A stretch of DNA of 63,912 nucleotides, counting the filler, from Octopus bimaculoides (lineage: Eukaryota), in assembly GCF_001194135.2 (NCBI RefSeq). It is 8 parts of 7 records of this genome, joined end to end, with 100 filler letters (N's around TTAATTAATTAA, not from the genome) between each part and the next. Parts side by side here need not be neighbours in the genome. Positions count along the whole stretch, not along the records: positions 1 to 20,632 come from NC_068984.1; 7 more parts are not named here. The stretch is one strand, 5' to 3'. The first letter of the stretch is position 1; the number at the start of each line of letters is the position of its first letter. This document shows positions 1 through 14,074 of the stretch, one piece after another. The position numbers and the translations under genes are program-made. A model generated the notes under the pieces. That model was not told the DNA's origin and did not search any database. It saw nothing but the letters and a program-made list of their open reading frames with translations.

Positions 1-43
<43 letters not shown>

Positions 44-583
44 ATATTGAACAAAAACGCAATAGAGGACCATAAAACATTATGACAGATACACGATACA
101 AAGGCGGACAGGAGAAACAATTAGAAAGATAGACAAAAAAGGACGGGCAAGCTGATTGGAGATAAGTTGTAGTAGGTAAATAGAGTTAGAACAATAAATG
201 AATAAAATAGAGATGATAGAGGAAATTTAAATATGAATAAATATATATGTGTGTGTGCATGTACGTATGTATGAGGCGTCCTAAGTGACATGCCAGATAT
301 GGGGCGAATCTTGATTCTATTCTTCAGATTATCTCTCCGATTCATTTGGAGTTGGTGCCAATTGCCATCAAGCGATAGGTCTACCTTCTCTGGAAACGGA
401 GATAATACTAATAAATCAAGGCAGGAGAGGTGTTGTACGTTTTTGTTTTTTTGTTTTTTTTTTTTACTATTCCCTTATTCGTATTTGTAGTTCAAAGTTC
501 AAATATATACCGCTGGCCACTCTGAGTTTATTTCTTCTAACTCATTTTGCCTTATATTTATGGCTGTGTATGCATATATACAA

Positions 584-624
<41 letters not shown>

Positions 625-1207
625 NNNNNNNNNNNNNNNNNNNNNNNNNNNNNNNNNNNNNNNNNNNNNNNNNNNNNNNNNNNNNNNNNNNNNNNNNNNN
701 NNNNNNNNNNNNNNNNNNNNNNNNNNNNNNNNNNNNNNNNNNNNNNNNNNNNNNNNNNNNNNNNNNNNNNNNNNNNNNNNNNNNNNNNNNNNNNNNNNNN
801 NNNNNNNNNNNNNNNNNNNNNNNNNNNNNNNNNNNNNNNNNNNNNNNNNNNNNNNNNNNNNNNNNNNNNNNNNNNNNNNNNNNNNNNNNNNNNNNNNNNN
901 NNNNNNNNNNNNNNNNNNNNNGTTGTTGTTGTTGTCGTTGTTGTTACCGTTATCGCTGTTGTTTCTTTGTTGTTGTTGTTTGTTTATTTAATACACCTCA
1001 TTTTTTTTCTTCCTATTGCCGTTAGTGCTAATTGCCATTGACTTTAAGTTGTTGCTAATTTATAAAAATCTTCCTTTTTTGTTTTCTTCAAAAGTACAAA
1101 AGCTTTGTATTCTTCGTTGCTATTGTTGATAAGATTATTATTTTTTTATTGTTGCTAGTGGTGGTGGATGTGGAGGTGGTGGTGGTGGTGGTGGTGGTTC
1201 CATTTAG

Positions 1208-1341
1208 GTGATGGATATGAAAATCATAGAGCGCTGGACCTAGCTCTAAGGAAATTGAGGAGAAAAAGAGAAATGATTGAACGAAAAAGACAGAGGGAGT
1301 TAACAAGATTTTTGAACATCAACACAAACAAGGAATTATAA
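1208..1341 (+). CDS. Possible orphan terminal exon (GDGYENHRALDLALRKLRRKREMIERKRQRELTRFLNINTNKEL*)
   Basis: ttccatttag| acceptor followed by 44 open codons with a helical, K/R/E-rich look. No homology recognised. Confidence 0.25.
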
Positions 1342-1834
1342 CAACCTGAGGAGCTGCTCGTTCTTTGGGTTTCTATGAGGTTGAATAATACACGATTCCA
1401 GTCTGGGGTAGTAATATGGTGAGCGTTTACTGTCGATTAATTGCATCACATGCAGCAAAATGCTCTCCAAAAAGGGAGATAGAAAACAGGAAGATCAATT
1501 ACGTTGTTCTGCTTTGTCAAACGTCTATAGAACTGGAAATCTCACTCATTAATTCGCAAATGCTTTGAATGACAGATGGTTTTTAATATGCTACATGAAG
1601 GTTTAGGTCCAGCATTGTTATTGTGAATTTAATATTTAATTTGAAGGCAGAAATAAGACGTAACCCTGTCACAAAATGGAATCCATCTTGAATGATCACT
1701 GGAAACAATAATGCTGCATTATCTTACAGATTTCTGACGTGTCACCAGATGTTAATTTCTACTTGATGCTGAATTAGTTTCATAAAGGAAATTTTGGGGT
1801 AACAAATAACGAATAACTAATACATCTATAATGA

Positions 1835-2203
1835 GAGTGAGATTCGTGGTAAGAAGTTTGCTTCCCAAACATTGTGTGACACCTTGGCCAAGTGTCCTCT
1901 ATTATAGCCTCGGGTCGACCAAAGCCTTGTGGGTGGATTTCGTAAACGGAAACTGAAAGAAGCCTTTCGTATATGTGTATGTGCGTGTATTTGTGTTTTG
2001 TCTGTGTTTGTTCCCCCACCCCTGCTTGACAAAGTGTTGGTGTGTTTACACCCCTGTAACTTAGCAGTTCGACAAAAGACACCGATAGAATAAATACCGG
2101 GCTTTAAAAAATAATAAGTACTGAAGTCAATTAGTTTGACTAAAAAAAATTCCTCAAGGTGGTGCTCCAGCATGGCCGCTGTCCAATGACTGAAACAAGT
2201 AAA
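1835..2203 (+). mobile_element. tRNA-derived SINE, family A, near full length
   Basis: Head tggtaagaagtttgcttccc, core cctcgggtcgaccaaagccttgtg..ggaaactgaaagaagcc, tail ggtgctccagcatggccgc..gactgaaacaagtaaa. Matches other copies in the window (e.g. 60942-61371). Confidence 0.9.
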
Positions 2204-2212
2204 TATATATAG

Positions 2213-2742
2213 TCTTTTATTTTTTTACTTGTTTCAGTCATTTGACTGCGGCCATGCTGGAGCACCGCTTTTAGTCGAACACATCGACCCCAGGACTTAT
2301 TCTCTTTTGTAAACCTAGTACTTATTCTATCGGTCCATTTTGTCGAACAACTANNNNNNNNNNNNNNNNNNNNNNNNNNNNNNNNNNNNNNNNNNNNNNN
2401 NNNNNNNNNNNNNNNNNNNNNNNNNNNNNNNNNNNNNNNNNNNNNNNNNNNNNNNNNNNNNNNNNNNNNNNNNNNNNNNNNNNNNNNNNNNNNNNNNNNN
2501 NNNNNNNNNNNNNNNNNNNNNNNNNNNNNNNNNNNNNNNNNNNNNNNNNNNNNNNNNNNNNNNNNNNNNNNNNNNNNNNNNNNNNNNNNNNNNNNNNNNN
2601 NNNNNNNNNNNNNNNNNNNNNNNNNNNNNNNNNNNNNNNNNNNNNNNNNNNNNNNNNNNNNNNNNNNNNNNNNNGTGCCACGCAGTGGAGACTGAACCCG
2701 GAACCATGTGGTTGGTAAGCAAGCTACTTACCACACAGCCAC
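2213..2742 (-). mobile_element. SINE family A, minus strand, interrupted by a gap
   Basis: Reverse-complement tail at 2213-2353 and head at 2674-2742 flank an N gap. Confidence 0.88.
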
Positions 2743-2781
2743 ACATACATAAACATACATTTGCCATCAACATATATATAC

Positions 2782-2836
<55 letters not shown>

Positions 2837-3841
2837 CATATATACATATATATACATATATATATAAATATGTATATATATATACACATGTATATGCACA
2901 CACACACATACACACAAAGTTGTTTATGTAAATCTACAAAAGCAAGGGCGTTGTCATGACTACGACAGTTACTGTTATTTAGAAGAGAGCGAGGGAGGAG
3001 GTTACGTGACAAGTTGCAGCTCCGACAATCTTTAGGGAATCTTCAGAACGACTAGAATCGCGAAGTTCCATGATTACTTGGTGAGGATCCAAACGAATAG
3101 CTTGAAATATTAGTAATGTTAGTAATAATATTAAATGGCTAACGAGAGCAATTTCAAGACATACACCTGCTTGTAAAATATTGGTTTCCACAATCAAAAG
3201 ACTATTGGTGAGCGGAATAGTGACTATAAGAAAACGTTCTACAGATATTTCAAAATATTTGGATTGTTTAGTATATCGGATACCCAATGGGGCAGAATAA
3301 CATCGGCATGAGAATAAATCAAACAGATATGTCTGGATAGATAACACCATTTTATGCACATATTCTGTTTATCTAGCGTTTCGTAATTAATGACCAAATG
3401 GTTTTGCTTCGTCCTACAGATGCTTATGGCTCAGTTTATCGCCGGTCTCCTATCTTGTGAGAAATTTGAGATGCTTTCCTGATTCAATATTTCTTTCACC
3501 TTTTTTTGTTTTCACAGACAGAGAGCGAAGATCTTTGTTTTCTTACTTTTCTTTTCTTTCTTCTGTTACCAATTTTTACGTTTTCTTTTTTTCTTTTTTT
3601 ACACGTCTCATTTTTTCTCATGATTTCTCATAGGCCAGTATCCTGGTTTTTTTCAATACATCTAACGATATGCACCGAGTCTGAAAGATTGCTTAGAGAT
3701 ACATGGCATGTCATATAAATTTACCAATTTATTGTGTCTCTGAAGCATGAAACTATTGGTAGCTCTTTTATAAATTGCGAACATCAAATGATATCTTTCA
3801 CTAGATGGAGTACTTTTTTGTTGATCCTACCTATAATGGAA

Positions 3842-3893
<52 letters not shown>

Positions 3894-5187
3894 ATGTCTA
3901 TGTTTGTATGTGTGTGTGTATATATGTGTGTGTGTGTGTGTGTATAACCTTCATACTGATCAAAAAGGATAAGCACCCCTGTTGTATGTCTATTAATGTT
4001 ATATCACCTGAAGAAAGGAATCCATTGAGATAATCAACCCAATGCTCACGGATACTATGGATTGTGATCTAAAGAGACATGTGATTTGTGGAAACGCGCG
4101 TAGCGATGCATTAAATGTTTATGAATTCCATCCAAGGATTATTGTTGCTATTATTATATTTATCCTACATTGTATCGGTACAGCTCGATGCATCCAGATC
4201 AATGCACATATTTTTCTTGTGGTCCCACGCAACAGTAACTGGCCGGTTGTGTTTTAATTTGGCAACGCTTTAATTTCTTAAGTTCCACAAATATTCTTTT
4301 GACCCATCAGTCACGTGTGTATGTGTATATGTATGTATGCGTGTGTGTGTGCATGTGTGTTTGTATGGATGACGTGAATTTGCAGTTTATTGTGCCTATC
4401 TTGCCATACATGTCTTCATGCTTCATTCTGCCTTCGTGCCAATTTGATAGAAATCATCATCATCAACATTATCACCACCATCACCATCATCCTCCTCATC
4501 ATCATCATCAACATCACCATCATTCTCTTTATAGTCATCATCATCGTCGTCGTCGTCGTTATCATAACCATCATCATCATTATCATCATCTCCCGTTATT
4601 TGTTTCTTGTTCAAAGTTTCACACTTTATAAAGCAAGATTTTGCCGAGATTGGTTTTTTTTCCAATCTTCTCAACACTTTTTTGTCACCAGCGACTTTCT
4701 TAATCTAGCAAAGCAATTAATTTTAAACAATTATTTTGTGGTCTGTTGTCAACGTAGATTTAATATCGATCGATAATCGATACCATTTATTCATTTTCTT
4801 TGTTTTATTTTTTGGTTTTCAAGTGTGAATCTGATAGCTGTTCTTTTTTATTGACCAATAGTGAAGATGGCACAACATAAATTTGCCGAAATTGAAATCA
4901 AATCATTCTTATTGCGTAATGAGCCATACATCACCTCAAGAACAATTCCTATCAGTTTGGCAAATTATCAAATCGAATATAGCTGTTTATACATTTTCCT
5001 CTTCAAAACGTTTAACCCCCTCATCTACATTTATCTCGATAAATATATAAATAAATAAACGTTTTTTACGAGAAAACAAACTACATAAACTATCTATTTT
5101 CTCGGCGTTGAGTTAATGAGAGTCCAAAAGGTTATGAAGACTATTGACTCTAAATGTTAATACGACTTTCGTATCTTTCTCCCGAAT

Positions 5188-5373
5188 AGGCACAGCCGTG
5201 GCTGTGTGGTTAGAAGCTTGGTTCCAAACCACACGGTGAGTGGATTCGGTAGACGGAAACTGAAAGAAGCCCATCATGTTTGTGTGTGGGGGGGGGGTCT
5301 TTGTGTCTGTAGCCTCGGACCGACCAAAGCCTTGTGAGTGGACTTGGTAGACGGAAACTCAAAGAAGCCCATC

Positions 5374-5374
<1 letters not shown>
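5188..5374 (+). mobile_element. SINE family A 5' half with internal duplication
   Basis: gtgagtgga..ggtagacggaaact.aaagaagcccatc occurs twice, followed by a (TA)n tract. Confidence 0.85.
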
Positions 5375-5436
<62 letters not shown>

Positions 5437-5459
5437 ACAGCAGGCTATAAAAAAAACCC

Positions 5460-6075
5460 AAACAACCCAAATAAGAGGAAAACAAGAACAAGTCATACCA
5501 TTTATAGTAACACACAACCCATGTCACCAGAATATCTTCAACATTGCCAAAGCAAACCTACTAATTATTGCTCAAAGTAATGAATTAAAAGATATAATCA
5601 CAGACCGAGCTAAGGTTCTTAGTAAAAGACAGCCTGACAACTTGAAAAAATTATCAATAAAGGCAAAGTTTGACCTTAGCAACAAAGACCAATCATTCAC
5701 TGTATCTTAAAGCAATGATAGCAGATTTGGCACATGTCAAATCATACATACCGGCCAATATAGGAACACAAAAACCGGAAAAATATTCACAAACGCAAAT
5801 ATGAACTGCAAAAGTATAAATTTAATCGACGGCATCAAATGCCCGAATCGTGAAGAACTATATGTGGGTCAGACTGGAAATGCACCATGAAAACGTTCGC
5901 GTTTGTACCGACAGCAAATTAGAAACGCAAATGTCTGTTAGATACCTTAGGGTAACCATCTAACAATATGTGGTCGGAAAATATAATATTCCACAAACTA
6001 CAGTCCAAGTGAAATCAAGAGAAAAATCAGAGAAAAGAACTTTATAAATAAATTCCAACCCAAGCTAAATAAACA
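5460..6075 (+). mobile_element. Degenerate Penelope-like retroelement, GIY-YIG endonuclease region
   Basis: Translation gives IPFIVTHNP..RQPDNLKKL..KAKF..GKIFTNANMNCKS..GIKCPNREELYVGQTG..RQQIRN, with stop codons. Confidence 0.85.
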
Positions 6076-6719
6076 ATAATACTAATATCTAGATGTACAA
6101 TTTCTATTGCTATGACTACCACCACCACCAACAACAACAACAATGATGACAACAACAATAATAAAGGTGATGATAATGGTGATGATGATAAATGAAATGT
6201 AAAAATCCCTGGGAAATGTTTACAAATTTTCTAAAAATAGCCAGACAATTACTGCTTTGGCCAGAGTCAAAATACAGGTCTCTTGATATGTTCAGCAAAC
6301 CGTGACTTCTAAACCAAACACCAATCAACTTAAGTAATTTAATGAAGCCACATACTGATTGGTCAGAATACAATCTGCAAATCTTAACATTTTGGAGCCT
6401 ATACAAATGTATTTAAGGCACACGTTTTAGCCATCTCCCTACAGTTGTAAATTGTAAAACGTAACTGTCACCATTACTATATGAACCTGAAGATTGCATA
6501 GTCTAATGCATGAAAGTACTAGTTCAATCAGAATGGACATTTAATATTCTATCATTTCATTGTATTATATTACATTATATTATTATAAGATTGTAAATAG
6601 AACGTGAAAATCAAAGTCGGAATTTCTTTGCGTAATATATTCTTCTACACACAAACACACACACTCGTGTTGTAGGAGGTGTGTGTGTGTATGTGTGTGC
6701 GTGCGTGTGTGTGCGTATG

Positions 6720-7351
6720 CTTGTGCGTCTGCGTTTGTCTTCCCACCATCGCTTGATTGAAACAAGTAACAGAATAAAAGAATATATATATATATATATA
6801 TATATACGATGGGCTTCTTTCAGTTTCCGTCTAACAAATCCACTCACAATGGTTTGCGTGTGCATATATATGTTTGAGTGTCTGTGTTTGTCCCCAACCA
6901 TCGCTTGACNNNNNNNNNNNNNNNNNNNNNNNNNNNNNNNNNNNNNNNNNNNNNNNNNNNNNNNNNNNNNNNNNNNNNNNNNNNNNNNNNNNNNNNNNNN
7001 NNNNNNNNNNNNNNNNNNNNNNNNNNNNNNNNNNNNNNNNNNNNNNNNNNNNNNNNNNNNNNNNNNNNNNNNNNNNNNNNNNNNNNNNNNNNNNNNNNNN
7101 NNNNNNNNNNNNNNNNNNNNNNNNNNNNNNTCGCTTGATTGAAACAAGTAACAGAATAAAAGAATATATATATATATATATATATATACGATGGGCTTCT
7201 TTCAGTTTCCGTCTACCAAATCTACTCACAATGCTTTGGTCGGCTCAAAGCTATAGTAGAAAACGCTTGCTGAAGGTGTCACACACTGGGACTGAACCCA
7301 GGACCATGTGGTTGGGGAGCAAACGTCTTACCACAAAGCTACGCCTGCGCC
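6720..7351. mobile_element. Rearranged SINE family A fragments in both orientations, with a local duplication across a gap
   Basis: A + strand tail (tcgcttgattgaaacaagtaacagaataaaag) is joined through (TA)n to a - strand head (7187-7351). The block at about 6749-6832 recurs at about 7131-7215. Confidence 0.8.
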
Positions 7352-7369
7352 TTGCTACTCCTTGCTTCG

Positions 7370-8076
7370 GCCTAACTTCTTCCTCTTCTGTCACACTCTC
7401 TATCATTTCCTCTTCACTTTGCTTTCTCTGAGTGTTTCTTCATTCTCCTCCTCTAATCTTGTTTCTCCTCCTCCTCCTCCTCTTTCTCCCCTACTTCCTT
7501 CTCTTCTTTCTCCTCCTCCCTCCTTCCATTCTTCTTCGTTTTCTTCATCTTCTTTTCTTTCTTCATTTCTTCTTCTTCCAGTTCTTCTCATTCTTCATTT
7601 TGCTTTTCATTTCTTCTTCCTCTTCTTTTCCTTTTTCTTTTTTCTCTTTTCATTCCCCTTCTTTTTTCTCTTCTTCCCATTCTTCTATTTGTTTTTGCTT
7701 CATCTTTTCTTCTTCTACTTCTTCTTTTTCTCCTTTTTCTTTTCTTCTTTCTCTTCTTCCCCTTCTTCATTTTTTCTTCTCATTCTTCTTTTTGTTTTTA
7801 TTTTTTTCTTGTTCCTCTTTTTTCTCCTTTCTCTTCTCCTTCCCCTTCTTTTTTCTCTTCTTCTTCTTCTTCTTCTTCTTCTTCTTCCCCTTCTTCTTCT
7901 TCCTCTTCTTCTTCTTCTTTTCTTCTTTTCTCCTCTTCTTCCCCTTTTTTCTCTTCTCATCTTTTTGTTTTAGTCTTCCTTCTTCCTTTTTTTCCTCTTC
8001 TTTTTCTTCTTCTTTCTTTTCTTCCCCTTCTTTTTTCTCTGCTTCATCTTCTTCTTCTTCTTCTTCTTCTTCTTCT
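7370..8076. repeat. Long CT/CTT polypyrimidine low-complexity tract
   Basis: About 700 nt of degenerate (CTT/CTC/TTC)n. It produces the F/S/L-rich and K/R/E-rich artefact ORFs. Confidence 0.95.
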
Positions 8077-9584
8077 NNNNNNNNNNNNNNNNNNNNNNNN
8101 NNNNNNNNNNNNNNNNNNNNNNNNNNNNNNNNNNNNNNNNNNNNNNNNNNNNNNNNNNNNNNNNNNNNNNNNNNNNTGTCTAGAAACGCGCATATATACT
8201 TAAATGATAAACTTCTGGAAAGTTTTACTAATTTTCATAGTTCCAGTGATGGAAAGAAAGAAAGAAAGAAAGAAAGAAGGGGGGAAAAGGCCAAGATTAA
8301 CAATTTTGAAAACACGGTGCTGTAACTCGCGCTTAACATTCAAACAGAAGCAAAAATGCAAAATACTGTTTGAAAAGAAGGATACAAAATTCAAGTCGGA
8401 TTAATGCAGAGAAACTTCCAACTTTTGCCAATCATAATTCTTTAGTTGTATAGAACAAAGCAATGCCTATCCTGTGAGCTTATTTGTGATACAAAACCAA
8501 CACGCTCTTTGTTCAACAGCTAAATTTGCAGTGTTATTTTTCATTCTATAAAACGTATTACTCGACCGGTATGTACGATAGCGCTGAAGAAAAAGTCACC
8601 GCATTCTTAATTGGTAAACATAGATATGAGCCTTGACTAACTCCGAACTCATTTATTTTTATCCCATGGCAATTATTTTTAATAAAGGTTCATTAGCTAA
8701 GACATCTCAGTATTTGTTAATACTTACAATGAAGTGTAGAACCAGCTAGAAATCCAGAGGCGGTATACTATTATTCTAGGTACATCTTAAGACATCTTAG
8801 TGCAAATAACCATACATAGAAAAGATAGAGCGCACAGCGTTCAAACGTAAATAGAGCTACGTATGTATGTATGTATGTATGTATGTATGTATGTATGTAT
8901 GTTCTACTGCTAAAGTCCGCATTCCCCTAATTACTTGTTTTGCTATCTGCAACCGTATTTACCCTGCCTTATTCTATCCCTCTTAACCACTCTCCATTCA
9001 CTTCCTGTTTTCCATTTTTTTTTCCGAGCGCCATCTTGTTCGAATGAGCCTTTTTTTTTTGTTTTGTTTTTTCTGTTATTTTCTGTTTTCTCTTTAGAAA
9101 ACCTCCCCATAATGTTTTCCTTCTTGGTATTATCTCTTATACATTTCTCGTCTCATTAAAGATATATCTCTATTTATATGTCTTTATCTCGTTTGAGTTA
9201 AAAGACCATTTTCACGTCTTGTTTGTACTCATTTCTAGATTTATTTTTATCCCGGTGTCATGTCATATTTATCCCGTATAACCTCCAGCCATACTTCCAA
9301 ATCCTGCTGAACACTGAAGTACCATCAGAAGATGTTCGAAACCACCGAGAATGGTTAGTTGTGAAATAACGAAAGAAGTATTTTTTTATATCGTATTTTT
9401 TTATTATTTTTACATATTATTTTGCCATTCTCTTCTGTAATGTCTTTTTGTTTTGGCTTACCTTTTGCTTTATCCGGTCTTTCCGTCTATATTCTTGTTT
9501 ACAATTTCACTAACAACATATGAGCCGATTCGAGGTATCAAAAGGTAACGTTTTCCCAAAACGCGGATAAATATTATCTTCCAC

Positions 9585-9655
9585 AGACGGATCGATCCCG
9601 TGACCTCGTGGTCGCAGAACGAACTTCAGAACTATTCGGTCACACTGTGCCTACT
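9585..9655 (-). mobile_element. Degenerate tRNA-like SINE head
   Basis: Minus strand ..gtgaccgaatagttctg..ctgcgaccacgaggtcacgggatcgatcc resembles an A-box/B-box head. Confidence 0.4.
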
Positions 9656-11347
9656 CTGAGTGCATACGCACTCAGTAATAAGACACATCTGTATTCCATA
9701 GGGTACGTCATAATTAACGTTAGCAATGTATTTTCCATTTGTTTCCAGTTGTTTTTCGTTTTAACATGCATGCGGTTTTGCGTATCTGGTTTAATATACA
9801 GCGATGGTATATTTAAATATATAAATATATTTATAAATCAAACCGATACGACAATAGAAGCTGTATGCATGTGTATTCAACTTCTGAGAAAAAATATGTT
9901 CATGCAAAAATGAATGAACTTCTTACATAATACAATATACAATACAATGAGCGCGCCTTCAGCCACTGCTGTGAGAAAACAACTGTTTTTACTATGTTTT
10001 ATGCGTTGTGTTACTCAATTAATTGGAATAGGTTCCAGCGTACAAAAATCGCTAGAGATCTCTAAATTATTTTTAGTTTAAACTTGGGCCAGCGAAATAG
10101 AAAGTATTGATAACTGCTAGTATCTTTTCATAATATCTAACTACAGACGCTCAACGAAATAATAAGGAACCGCTGTTTTCTTTCGACACGTCTGATAATG
10201 ACATGAAAATTAACGAATGCATTCTGTTAGGTGTATGCCTCTGTCTTATGCTATATTCTGTATATTTTCGTAACCATTTCTTTAATTTATTTGCGTTTGT
10301 GTTTGTTTCGTTTGTTTTTCTACTTCTTTTATCAGCGTTAAAATATTTTCGTCACCTGCATCAGACAATAGATTTTTCGAAATATAATTGTGTTGCACAG
10401 AAACGAAACGGAAAAAATTTCTAATAATTATATTGTTTTTTGAAAATAAATGAATCTATTTGCATATATTCCTTTTCGTGCACAACACAGCGTGAATAAG
10501 AAGGGCTGAAATAAATCTAAGTATTAGAAAGCCTAGCTGTGATAGAAATATAAGCACGTAAATAGATTCCTTCTATGCGCTTGATATGTAATATGTGTAA
10601 GTAGCAAAATTAGATTCAGAGATTCAAGCAGGACTCACAGCAAGCACTCTCGCAAGAAGTCGGCTATCAGATCGCATAGTAATTAGATTACGATGCAGTT
10701 TAACCTGTCCATTCAAACGAAAGTCTGGGAAAAACAAGCAATATGCTTCCAAGAGGAGTAAATAATATTCCTAAAATCATGAGATTTGAGAAATGAATAC
10801 AGATTTATTATTTCCGTGTGATTTCCATATGATTACAGCCGTTTCATAATTTTCTCCATGTAATATTAATTTCAACATTCCAAATAATACACTTAAAGCA
10901 TTATATTATGCAATTGTATATCCACATGGAGGTGTATAACAGACCAAAATAACCCATCAGATCAAAGATACTAGAACATCATCGATATGTCCAGGATTCA
11001 CTTTTGTTTCAATCTTGTTACATAAACGAAACCCACTCTAGTTATACAGAAACAGAGAACTAGGTACCATGATTCGCTTTGTAAAGGAAAACACTATTAA
11101 AAAACGATGAATCGATCTGTCAGTAATGTTTTGTTTTTTCATATAGTCGCTTTTAAAGACGCCCTGATGTTATCGAACACTGTGAATGGCTTGTTTACAA
11201 GTTCGAACGTGCTTTTAGCATATTCGAACTGGTAATAACATTAGATTAAGGGGTGTGGCAAAAGTATAATTCCAAGTTAATCGTCGTGCGATGTGTAACA
11301 CACCAGATTGTTAATATTTTACAGAAGATGAAGGAAGTTGCTTAGTC

Positions 11348-11496
11348 AGGCGCAAGCATGGAAGTGGTTAGAAGTTTTCTTCTCAACCACATGATTCCAG
11401 CTTCTGTCCCACTGCATGGCACCTTGGACAATTGTTTTCTATTATACCCACCGGTCGACCAAACCTTTGTGAGTGGATTTCAAAGAAGCCAGTCGC

Positions 11497-11497
<1 letters not shown>
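11348..11497 (+). mobile_element. SINE family A 5' half
   Basis: aggcgcaagcatgg..aaccacatgattcc..ggtcgaccaaacctttgtgagtggattt, running into (TA)n and a gap. Confidence 0.85.
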
Positions 11498-11529
<32 letters not shown>

Positions 11530-12103
11530 NNNNNNNNNNNNNNNNNNNNNNNNNNNNNNNNNNNNNNNNNNNNNNNNNNNNNNNNNNNNNNNNNNNNNNN
11601 NNNNNNNNNNNNNNNNNNNNNNNNNNNNNNNNNNNNNNNNNNNNNNNNNNNNNNNNNNNNNNNNNNNNNNNNNNNNNNNNNNNNNNNNNNNNNNNNNNNN
11701 NNNNNNNNNNNNNNNNNNNNNNNNNNNNNNNNNNNNNNNNNNNNNNNNNNNNNNNNNNNNNNNNNNNNNNNNNNNNNNNNNNNNNNNNNNNNNNNNNNNN
11801 NNNNNNNNNNNNNNNNNNNNNNNNNNNNNNNNNNNNNNNNNNNNNNNNNNNNNNNNNNNNNNNNNNNNNNNNNNNNNNNNNNNNNNNNNNNNNNNNNNNN
11901 NNNNNNNNNNNNNNNNNNNNNNNNNNNNNNNNNNNNNNNNNNNNNNNNNNNNNNNNNNNNNNNNNNNNNNNNNNNNNNNNNNNNNNNNNNNNNNNNNNNN
12001 NNNNNNNNNNNNNNNNNNNNNNNNNNNNNNNNNNNNNNNNNNNNNNNNNNNNNNNNNNNNNNNNNNNNNNNNNNNNNNNNNNNNNNNNNNNNNNNNNNNN
12101 NNN

Positions 12104-12215
12104 CTTTCATGCTTTCGGAGTTGATAAACTAAGTACCAGTCGCGTACTGGAATTGATCTAATCGACTGGGCCCCTCCCCCCAAAATTTCGGGCCTTGTGC
12201 TTAGAGTAGAAAAGG
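12104..12215 (+). mobile_element. SINE family B 3' part
   Basis: ctttcat.ctttcgg.gt.gataaa.taagtaccag..aatcgactggccc..caaaatttcgggccttgtg..tagagtagaaaag, the same as copies at 44490-44675 and 57160-57376. Confidence 0.85.
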
Positions 12216-13277
12216 ATATCAGGATTGTATATTCTCGATGAGAAAACTTGAGTGGCATGATAGCACTGTGTAGAAAGTCCTTTTCTAAATGTTACGCCGT
12301 GCATGTATTTGTGTGCGCTTATGTGTATGGGTGTATGTTTAAAGTAGTGTTAAGGTAGTGTTACCTAAGCGACTCGTTAAAGCAGCTTTTAAAAGACTTT
12401 AAACATCTCTGAAGAGCGACATATTAGAGTCTTTGTAACTTACTTATATTTGTTTTTATTTTTCATTTGTTAACATTTGTGAATGGAAAGAGGTTTATCT
12501 TTTTGTTTAGTTTTTGTTGATTCGTTACGAAATAAATTCTCTGAAGGATTTCGTCTTTGTCTACAGATTCACATCATCTTATTTCAATACAGTCCAGTGC
12601 AAGTTTCTCTCTAGATTCTTCAGCAAATAGAAAGCAAGAACATAAAAAAATACACACACACAAAAATAAAACACCTATTCCAGACCCGAGGCAGAATCTA
12701 TGGAAGCGAAATTTCACTGCTCTCACGCTATTTTTTCCAGAAAAAAAAATCGATATGTCTAAAATACCACTCATCTTAAGTGTGGACAATGTGTCAGAGT
12801 TTTTTCTGAAGTAGAAAAATACTAAATTCAATTTGATTGCTTAAGACATGTGATATTTTCTCAGAGAATCTACATTGTATGGTAATTGCCAAGATATTTC
12901 TATGAAACTACATAATGGTTGGACTTTCCTGTCAAGTTGCTATTTCTTTTGTCATATTCTTTATACGCCTCCTTTCTTTAAATCTCTCATATCGCTGCTA
13001 CTAACCCTTCCTCACATATCTAAACAAAGAGATCTTATTTTACATTTATTTTGATGGCAATATCTTACTCACAAGTATATCAGACTTCGCCTAATATCTG
13101 GACGAATCCTCACAAATGCAATATTTGCTTTTCCGGTGAAGTCGGGGAAAACACAGAGACAGACTTCAAAGCCTCAAAATTTTCAATACCATTTGCAACA
13201 TGTTAGAATCAAAGTAATTTCAACAAGTATTCAAAACAGATCTCAGTTGCTCATTCTCTCTCTTTCTCACTGTCTCT

Positions 13278-13375
<98 letters not shown>

Positions 13376-13492
13376 ATTACCATATTCCCATATATATTAT
13401 TATTATTATTATTATTCCTTCGTAACACAGTGTAGGTAAAAATGCACCGGAGTCTTTAGTCACCTGTCAAGTCACAAGGACCTCAGATACAC

Positions 13493-13542
<50 letters not shown>

Positions 13543-13670
13543 CTGTGAATTTGCGTGTGTAAACTGGGAATGCATACAATGAGTTTCTCTGCCCTAGGTG
13601 TACGGAAAACACTCGGCGAGAAATGGAAGAAAATTTGAAGAAAGAAGAAAAAAAAACAATAATAATAATA

Positions 13671-13723
<53 letters not shown>

Positions 13724-14074
13724 TCAGTTTATGCAATATACACAAGCTTCAGAACAAACGCCGGAGTTTGAGGGACGGATTCAAAGCAACTCTAGTAATG
13801 TAAACATTATTGGTGCCACATATATAGTGTAAATGTGTTTTGTTTAAACGCCAATTTGCTGCGGGATAGCGTCCTCAGAAATCTGCGTGTGTGTGTATTG
13901 TGCGTGCACATTAGTGTGGGGAGGTGTATACATCATATATAGATAGATATGCATAAATACAGGATCTTGCAGATAAATTGAGACGATTTTTACGATGCAT
14001 AAAATTGGTTATAAATACTAAAATAATGGTAGTAGACAGATATAATTTTAATGTAACATTTATTACAACAAAAG

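Noticed and set aside
2979-3359. 126-aa hydrophobic minus ORF with ISVERFLIVTIP, resembling a GPCR DRY motif
   Set aside because: The segment that should be TM3 is polar (RYTKQSKY) and no other GPCR motifs are present. An ORF of this length is expected about once by chance in this much AT-rich sequence.
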